Assembly (NCBI GenBank): GCA_016000045.1
Contig: JAECQY010000001.1
Span: 169,194-233,193, forward strand
Length of the DNA: 64,000 nt
Source: Myxococcaceae bacterium
GTDB taxonomy: Bacteria; Myxococcota; UBA727; JABDBI01
Direction of reading: 5' to 3'
The notes beneath the pieces are model-generated. The model did not search any database. It was given only the letters and a program-made list of their open reading frames with translations, and was not told the origin of the DNA. This document shows, in pieces, positions 57,844 through 64,000 of this stretch. The position numbers and the translations under genes are program-made. Positions within the stretch are counted from its first letter, which is position 1. Each line of letters begins with the position of its first letter.

Positions 57844-58908
57844 ATGGGACTATTTGCGGGCATTCTTCTCTTGTGCGCCTTGGTAATCATTCATGAGCTG
57901 GGGCATTTTTTGGTAGCGAAGTGGTTTGGTGTGAAGGTCGAGACCTTTTCCGTTGGATTTGGTCCCAAATTAATCAAGCGACGTTGGAGAGATACGGAAT
58001 ACTGTCTTAGCCTGATTCCTTTGGGCGGATACGTCAAAATGTTGGGTGAAACCCAGGATGAAGAGCTGTCTCCTGAGGACCAGGCGAGAAGTTTCCTAGG
58101 TCAAGTTCTATGGAAGAAGTCGCTGATTGCTTTCGCTGGGCCCTTTTTCAATCTTGTGTTGCCGATCATTCTATTTTTTGCGATCGGCATTGGAACTCAA
58201 CAAATTCCTCGGCCAATTATCGGGATAATCTCGCCCGAACACGCAGCAGAGCGATCCGGACTTTTGCCAGGCGATGAAGTCAAATCGATCAATCAACAAC
58301 CGATTCAAAGCTTTTTGGAGATGGTTCAGATCGTTTCGGCGCATCCAGAACAGAGCTTGTTGTTCGAAGTAGAACGTGCTGGAGGGCGGATTCAGTTAGA
58401 GGTTGTTCCAGAACGTGAACCGAATCCGAACCGACTGAAGAAAAACGAATCAATTGGAAGGATAGGAGCTCAATTGGCGGAACCGATTGCCTATCGTTCG
58501 GTTTTTGTCGGTCCTTGGAAGGCCGCGCAGAATGCGGTTCAATCCACCTATGTTTTAGTAGAAATGACGGTGCAGTCGTTGTGGATGTTGATGAAACTGG
58601 AAGTCCCGGCCAAGGAATTGGGAGGGCCTTTGATGATTATGAATGCGGCAAGCCAGGCAGCAGACCAAGGCTGGAAGTATTATTTGCAACTCATGGCATT
58701 GATTAGCGTGAATCTGGGTTTGCTCAATCTGCTTCCGATCCCGGTTTTAGACGGAGGGTATTTGGTTTTGTTTGGGCTCGAAGCGATTTTGCGTAAACCG
58801 ATCTCTCCGACTCTCAGGCAAAGAGCCATGCAATTGGGCCTTGCTCTGTTGCTGAGCCTGATGGCTCTCGCTTTGTTTAACGACATTTCCCGAATCTTTT
58901 ATGGGTGA
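57844..58908 (+). CDS. rseP: Site-2 zinc metalloprotease RseP
   Basis: HELGHFLVAKWFGV motif (HExxH), a PDZ domain and TM segments. Confidence 0.9.
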   Translation: MGLFAGILLLCALVIIHELGHFLVAKWFGVKVETFSVGFGPKLIKRRWRDTEYCLSLIPLGGYVKMLGETQDEELSPEDQARSFLGQVLWKKSLIAFAGPFFNLVLPIILFFAIGIGTQQIPRPIIGIISPEHAAERSGLLPGDEVKSINQQPIQSFLEMVQIVSAHPEQSLLFEVERAGGRIQLEVVPEREPNPNRLKKNESIGRIGAQLAEPIAYRSVFVGPWKAAQNAVQSTYVLVEMTVQSLWMLMKLEVPAKELGGPLMIMNAASQAADQGWKYYLQLMALISVNLGLLNLLPIPVLDGGYLVLFGLEAILRKPISPTLRQRAMQLGLALLLSLMALALFNDISRIFYG

Positions 58909-59203
58909 TCTTTTTGGGTATACCATACCCTGGAGATCAAAACTCAGTAGGCTATAACGGTTCTCATGCAAGGGAGGCTTGCGATGGAATCGTTGAATCC
59001 GAAAAGTTTTTGCATCTACTTTTTGATCGTTGCTTTGTTGACTCTGATGGAAGAAAAATCAGATTCGCTTCGAAATCGAGTAACGATGAACTGTCTTTCT
59101 TTCTGTGTACCTTACGGTCGATCCATTTGCAGTGCGGCCTGTTTAGGCGCTTACTCGCTTGATCGCAGCATTGCGATGGCCTCTCGGTATGTGAAAGAAG
59201 CCG

Positions 59204-60022
59204 CTAAAGATAACCGGCTAGCTCTAATTGCTCGCATCGCTCAATGAGTTCGACTTTCGAGTCGCAGCTCAATTTGCTCTTAAGAGACTCGATGCGATGT
59301 TCAATCGAACGCTTCGAACGAAATACTCTGGAACCAATCTGAGCCGGTGTGTAACCTTTTTTGGTCAAGCGCAATACTTCTTGCTCTCCTGAACTCAAGT
59401 TATCGGCAAATTCAAACCCAAGGTCTTTGAGAATGAGAGCCCGGATTTGGCTATCTGGGTCAAGCCCTAAGATACGATTTTCGTAGAAGGTATCGCCTAA
59501 AATACTGGGCAGGTGCAAGGCGCTTTCTCGCAAGAAGTCAAACATCCGAGAATGCGACTTGAGAAACCAGTTGAGAAAGAGCTTGAGTTCGCCGACGTGA
59601 TTTAAAATAAAGCGGGCCTGGGTGTCGGTGGCATTGTCTGAGTGAAATCCGAATTCATCCACCGCAGTTTCCGATTTTTGGGAGATTTGGAAAAATAAGT
59701 TGAACTCAGATTGTTCGAAAAAACGGCGGGTCTCTTCCATTTGAACTAAGAATGGATTCTCTCTCGTAATTTCTATTTTTAGCTCGCTTTTTCGGTATCT
59801 TGGATGGCAATAGTAGACGTGCTTTAAATGAAAATCTTGATCGCCCAGGAATCGTATCACGTCGGTATTGTCGTCGTAGAGGAAAAAATTTCCATCGTTC
59901 GTGATTCGGTAGTAGTAGAAGTTATTGAAATTGAAGCGCTCCAAGATGATTTTAGCGCATCTTCGTACGGACTCCCAATGAGTTTCAGTGGCTAGTACCG
60001 TTGGCTCAAAAAATAAGTTCAT
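59204..60022 (-). CDS. LuxR-family transcriptional regulator
   Basis: C-terminal GerE/LuxR helix-turn-helix: LSSGEQEVLRLTKKGYTPAQIGSRVFRSKRSIEHRIESLKSKL. Confidence 0.6.
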   Translation of the reverse strand: MNLFFEPTVLATETHWESVRRCAKIILERFNFNNFYYYRITNDGNFFLYDDNTDVIRFLGDQDFHLKHVYYCHPRYRKSELKIEITRENPFLVQMEETRRFFEQSEFNLFFQISQKSETAVDEFGFHSDNATDTQARFILNHVGELKLFLNWFLKSHSRMFDFLRESALHLPSILGDTFYENRILGLDPDSQIRALILKDLGFEFADNLSSGEQEVLRLTKKGYTPAQIGSRVFRSKRSIEHRIESLKSKLSCDSKVELIERCEQLELAGYL

Positions 60023-60208
60023 TGTGAAACCGCAATGAAGGGTCTTTATTCCTGATTCAAACGAGTGGCAAGCCACTGATTGGCAAAAAAAGGAATCTCT
60101 TTCTATGGTTCAAGGAGAGGCGCAAGGTTTCGTGAGGAGAGCTCTATCGCTTTACTCGAATTTCAATTAGTGTCATAATGGTTTTTTTCGAAAGAGAGGA
60201 TTTTTGCG

Positions 60209-60505
60209 ATGTCCGAACTGTTTGGTCAAAGTGGTGCCGATGGCGGTGGGATTGTTTCCATGTTGTTCATGTTTGGCGGCATGTTTGCGATTATGTATTT
60301 TATCTTGATCCGTCCTCAGCAAAAACAGCAAAAGAAACATCAGGAGCTGATTGCCTCGCTCAAAAAAGGCGACGAAGTGGTCCTGAACAGTGGTATCTGC
60401 GGGCGCATTTTTTCAGTAGAAGACAAATACCTTGTTTTAGAGCTCATGGACAAAAACAAGGTGAAAGTCCTCAAGCACGCTGTACAAGGCTTAATGGCCG
60501 CCTAA
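60209..60505 (+). CDS. yajC: Preprotein translocase subunit YajC
   Basis: MLFMFGGMFAIMYFILIRPQQKQQKKHQELIASLKKGDEVV. Confidence 0.9.
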   Translation: MSELFGQSGADGGGIVSMLFMFGGMFAIMYFILIRPQQKQQKKHQELIASLKKGDEVVLNSGICGRIFSVEDKYLVLELMDKNKVKVLKHAVQGLMAA

Positions 60506-60525
60506 CCTGAGGTATTGGATTCTAT

Positions 60526-62277
60526 ATGTTTGAAAGTTGGAAAACACGGCTTCTTTTTTCGGGGATTTTGTTGGGAAGTGCGATTTATTTGCTCATACCC
60601 ACTTTGGTCTATTTTCGTTTAGATGAATCGCAGCTGAGAGAAGTTCGACGCGATAAACACGCTTTTGCCAAAATGTTGCCGGCTTGGAGTATCGATACGC
60701 ACATCGTGCCCGGACTCGATTTGCAAGGTGGTGTTCACATGGTCTTGGGGGTGGATGTCGAGAAAGCTCTGAAAGACCGGGCCGCTCGAACTGCGGAGAG
60801 GCTAAAAGATTATGCGAAAGAACAAAAGATGGCTTTCTCAGATATCAGTGCAGAACTATTGGGAACCTTTGCGAGTACTTCGGAGCGTGACACCTTCACT
60901 GAATTCGTTTCGAAAAAGTTTCAAGAGCTCCGACTGGTTTCTCAGACGGACGCCCAAGCCCAGTTCGAATTGGATCCGACTTTAGTCTCGTCCGTTCGAC
61001 GGGATGCGGTGGATCAGACCATCAACACCATTCGAACGCGTATCGACAAGATGGGGGTCACAGAACCCAGTATTTCCAAACGTGGAAGCGATAAAATCCA
61101 AATTCAGCTCCCGGGATTTGATAATCCAGAAGAAGCCAAAAGTTTGATCGGTCGTACCGCTCAGCTCGAATTTCAGATGGTCGATGATAAGACAGAATTC
61201 TTGAAAGAGCTCAAAGACCTGCCTGAAGGTGTGCAGATGATCACAAGCTCTTATGGGCGCCCGAATGGAAGCCAAGGCAAAGATATCTTTTTGCAGTTTC
61301 CTGAGGAGAAGCTAGAAAGCGTCAAAAGCTATTTAAAAGGCAAAATCCCAGCAGAAAACGTGATCAAGTTTGGTTCTTTAGGACCCAGTTACCTGAGGAC
61401 TTACACGCTTGACCGCAAAGTTGCCTTGACCGGTGAGGAATTGATCGATGCGCAAGTTTCTCAAGCTGGAGAGATGGATTCGAGACCGGCTGTCTCGATG
61501 ACCTTTAGTGCAGGGGGAGCGCGCGTATTTGATGAACTTTCAGGATCCAACATTGGTAACCGAATGGCCATTGTTCTGGAAGAACGAGTCGATAGTGCGC
61601 CGGTGTTTAATACACGAATCCCGAGTGGGAGAGCCAGCATTACCCTGGGAGGAGGGCGAACGCATGAGGAAACATTGAAAGATGCGAATCAGCTGACTCT
61701 GGTCCTCAAATCCGGCGCTTTACCAGCCCCCGTCACTTTCCGAGAAGAACGAAGCGTGGGTCCTTCGTTGGGGGCAGATTCGATTCAAAAAGGCCAGATG
61801 GCGTTTTTAGTTGGCAGCGTACTCGTGATTTTACTCATGATTTTCTATTATCGAATCTCTGGATTTTTCTCGGTCGTAGCGGTTATCTACAACTTAATCC
61901 TAATGCTGGCGGCTTTGGCTTGGCTGGGAGCTACCGTCACACTTCCAGGGATCGCGGGTCTTCTGCTCACCTTTGGCATTGCGGTAGACGCCAACGTGAT
62001 CATTAACGAGCGCATTCGAGAAGAACTCAGGCGTGGAAAAATGCCACGAGAGGCGGTTGCGACCGGCTATCGCTCTGCATTTACAGCGGTATTTGACTCC
62101 CATGTGACCTCTTTTATTGCAGGTCTGGTTCTGTGGGAATTTGGAACGGGTCCCGTTCAGAATTTTGCCACCATGTTGATCATTGGGACTGTCCTATCGA
62201 TTTTCACAGCCGTTTTTATTACTCGAATTTTCTTTGACATGGTCACCGCGAACAATCCGAAGGAGCTGTCCATATGA
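60526..62277 (+). CDS. secD: Protein translocase subunit SecD
   Basis: Domain architecture and the yajC-secD-secF order. Confidence 0.95.
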   Translation: MFESWKTRLLFSGILLGSAIYLLIPTLVYFRLDESQLREVRRDKHAFAKMLPAWSIDTHIVPGLDLQGGVHMVLGVDVEKALKDRAARTAERLKDYAKEQKMAFSDISAELLGTFASTSERDTFTEFVSKKFQELRLVSQTDAQAQFELDPTLVSSVRRDAVDQTINTIRTRIDKMGVTEPSISKRGSDKIQIQLPGFDNPEEAKSLIGRTAQLEFQMVDDKTEFLKELKDLPEGVQMITSSYGRPNGSQGKDIFLQFPEEKLESVKSYLKGKIPAENVIKFGSLGPSYLRTYTLDRKVALTGEELIDAQVSQAGEMDSRPAVSMTFSAGGARVFDELSGSNIGNRMAIVLEERVDSAPVFNTRIPSGRASITLGGGRTHEETLKDANQLTLVLKSGALPAPVTFREERSVGPSLGADSIQKGQMAFLVGSVLVILLMIFYYRISGFFSVVAVIYNLILMLAALAWLGATVTLPGIAGLLLTFGIAVDANVIINERIREELRRGKMPREAVATGYRSAFTAVFDSHVTSFIAGLVLWEFGTGPVQNFATMLIIGTVLSIFTAVFITRIFFDMVTANNPKELSI

Positions 62278-63500
62278 ACCACCGAATGTTTCGTTTTTTT
62301 GATCCGAAAACGGAAGTTAATTTCATTCGCTTTTTTCGGGCTTCTTTGCTGATTGCCGCTCTAGTTCCGATTATTGCTATCGCTGGGGTTTGGACCACAG
62401 GTCTTAACTGGGGTATCGACTTCAGTGGTGGCATGGAGATGCAGGTCCAATTTTCCAAGCCGGTTCATGCAGACGAAATACGAAAAGTTTTGGAAGAACT
62501 TGGTTACGGTAAAAATCAGGTCCAAGCTTATGGGGCCAAAGACAGCTATGAAATGCTGATTCGCGTGGAGCGTATGGATACGTTCTCAGAAGACGATGTT
62601 AAGCGCATAGAAAATTTGTTGGTGGGGCAACTGAATTCGGCAAGTGTCCAGGCTCATCCCAATAGCCAGGATCGGCTTTTAATCCGGTTGCCATCGGCGA
62701 ATGATCAAAAGGCGCAAGAAGAGAAGTTGACAGCCATTCTTGCCGCTCACAGTGGATTTCGCACCCGCTCGATCCTGCATGAGGATTCTCAAAACAATTG
62801 GGTTGAATACAACGTGCTGTTCATGGGCGTATCCGACAAAGTGGCTGAAGCTTTGACGGCTGCCTTTGGTAAAGTAGAAGTGCGCCGGGTAGAGTTTGTG
62901 GATAGCCAGGTGTCAAAGCAGCTTCGAACCGATGGGGCCTTGGCGGTTTTTTACGCGATTTTGGCGATTTTGATTTACATTGCCATTCGCTTTGATTTGT
63001 TTTTTGCTCCGGGTGCGGTGGTATGCCTGATTCAGGATACCTTCGGCGCATTTCTCGTTTTTGTTTTAGGACGCTACGAGTTTGACTTGCCATCGGTTGC
63101 TGCCCTCTTAACCGTGGTTGGGGTGTCCATTAACAATACGATTGTGGTGTACGATCGGATTCGAGAGACGCTTCCCCCAGGAGATCGTTCTAAACTAGCT
63201 GAAAATACCATTCGCGATTGTGTGAACAAGGCTATTAATGACACGATGAGCCGAACGATTAACACATCGCTGACGGTGCTGTTTTCTTCGATCTCGCTTT
63301 GGATTTTTGCAGGCGGAGTGATTAAGAGCTTCGCAGCCGTTTTGACCATTGGCTTGGGCTTAGGAGCGTTCTCATCTACCTTGGCGGCACCTGCAACCTA
63401 TTTGTGGATGGTTCATTATCTTGGCAGACGAGAAGGGCTTAACCGAGACGAAGGTCCCAAAGGCTATACACGCGAAGAAAAAGCTCGCGGAGTGGTGTAA
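62274..63500 (+). CDS. secF: Protein translocase subunit SecF
   Basis: Overlaps the secD stop. SecF-type TM core, with a longer than usual periplasmic domain. Confidence 0.9.
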   Translation: MNHRMFRFFDPKTEVNFIRFFRASLLIAALVPIIAIAGVWTTGLNWGIDFSGGMEMQVQFSKPVHADEIRKVLEELGYGKNQVQAYGAKDSYEMLIRVERMDTFSEDDVKRIENLLVGQLNSASVQAHPNSQDRLLIRLPSANDQKAQEEKLTAILAAHSGFRTRSILHEDSQNNWVEYNVLFMGVSDKVAEALTAAFGKVEVRRVEFVDSQVSKQLRTDGALAVFYAILAILIYIAIRFDLFFAPGAVVCLIQDTFGAFLVFVLGRYEFDLPSVAALLTVVGVSINNTIVVYDRIRETLPPGDRSKLAENTIRDCVNKAINDTMSRTINTSLTVLFSSISLWIFAGGVIKSFAAVLTIGLGLGAFSSTLAAPATYLWMVHYLGRREGLNRDEGPKGYTREEKARGVV

Positions 63501-63539
63501 TATTAGACCTAATGCCTATGATGGCTGAAGGCGGATGCG

Positions 63540-64000
63540 TTGGCCGGGAATTCATTTGGACAAAATTTTCGGGTGACCACGTTTGGGGAATCTCATGGGC
63601 CTGGGATTGGGGTTGTGATCGATGGCTGCCCCGCGGGGACCGAGATTGTCATCTCAGAAATACAGGCCCAGCTCAATCGCCGTAGGCCGGGACAGTCCTC
63701 AATCACCACAACTCGTCAGGAAGCGGATGAAGTTGAAATCCTATCGGGTGTCTACCTGGGTCGGGCGACAGGAGCACCCATTGCAGCGTGGATTCGAAAT
63801 ACGAACCAAAGACCTGAAGATTATCAGGCGCTTGAAAATACGTATCGACCCTCCCACGCTGATTACACATATCAAGCCAAATACGGCCACCGGGATCCGC
63901 GTGGAGGAGGGCGTTCTTCCGCTCGGGAAACGGCTGCTCGTGTTGTAGCGGGAGCCATTGCGCAAAAAATCTTGAGCTCGATCGGGATTGAGGTGTTGGC
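63540..64000 (+). CDS. aroC: Chorismate synthase (N-terminal part; 3' end outside the window)
   Basis: (M)[32 protein letters not shown]. Probable TTG start at 63540. Confidence 0.85.
   Translation, partial: MAGNSFGQNFRVTTFGESHGPGIGVVIDGCPAGTEIVISEIQAQLNRRRPGQSSITTTRQEADEVEILSGVYLGRATGAPIAAWIRNTNQRPEDYQALENTYRPSHADYTYQAKYGHRDPRGGGRSSARETAARVVAGAIAQKILSSIGIEVL

Noticed and set aside
58966-59247. 93-aa plus-strand ORF between rseP and the LuxR gene
   Set aside because: One hydrophobic segment but no recognisable family. It overlaps the LuxR 3' end; insufficient support.
1-64000. Scanned for CRISPR arrays, rRNA, integrases and IS transposases
   Set aside because: No regularly spaced short repeats, no rRNA-like segments, and no integrase or transposase ORFs beyond the Rpn-family nuclease.

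Overview
This is a bacterial chromosomal window of about 50% GC. The organism is not identified; the gene content (rpsA-murJ, secY-adk, tig, pnp, ppk1, secDF-yajC, fliNOPQR-like genes) suggests a Gram-negative, possibly Bdellovibrio-like or deltaproteobacterial lineage, but that is inference only.

Most of the window is housekeeping. This includes valS, rpsA, murJ, tilS, secY, adk, tRNA-Leu, tig, miaB, a cyclophilin, rpmF, rplI, rpsF, a fatty-acyl-CoA ligase, rpsO, pnp, ppk1, a DEAD-box helicase, coaBC, pdxH, secG, mnmA, skp, rseP, yajC-secD-secF and aroC.

The standout accessory system is a diversity-generating retroelement (DGR) island at about 2.6-6.1 kb. A DGR-type reverse transcriptase (motif IGNLTSQ) is sandwiched with almost no spacing between two secreted DUF1566 proteins (Lcl C-terminal, C-type-lectin-like fold). 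In the last ~40 codons of these two proteins, 15 of the 18 codons that differ change only in codon positions 1-2 with the third base kept. That is the pattern expected from adenine mutagenesis of AAY template codons. No template repeat (TR) and no avd gene could be recognised anywhere in the window.

Two further large paralogs at 52-57 kb each carry four DUF1566 domains in ~870-bp near-identical tandem units. Their hypervariable tips sit on alternate domains, and they have shared 3' flanking motifs and a G10 homopolymer in one promoter region.

Other accessory content is as follows.
- Three paralogs of the AAA-ATPase-like / PD-(D/E)XK (PDDEXK_9) family, two with signal peptides.
- An Rpn-family PD-(D/E)XK nuclease.
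- A large structured inverted-repeat element at 0.6-1.1 kb.
- A low-GC islet encoding a secreted PLD-like (HKD) protein.
- A flagellar/T3SS export-apparatus gene block next to secG.
- A membrane module related to Mrp antiporters and complex I.
- Several short intergenic repeat families.

No CRISPR arrays, rRNA genes or intact insertion sequences were seen.
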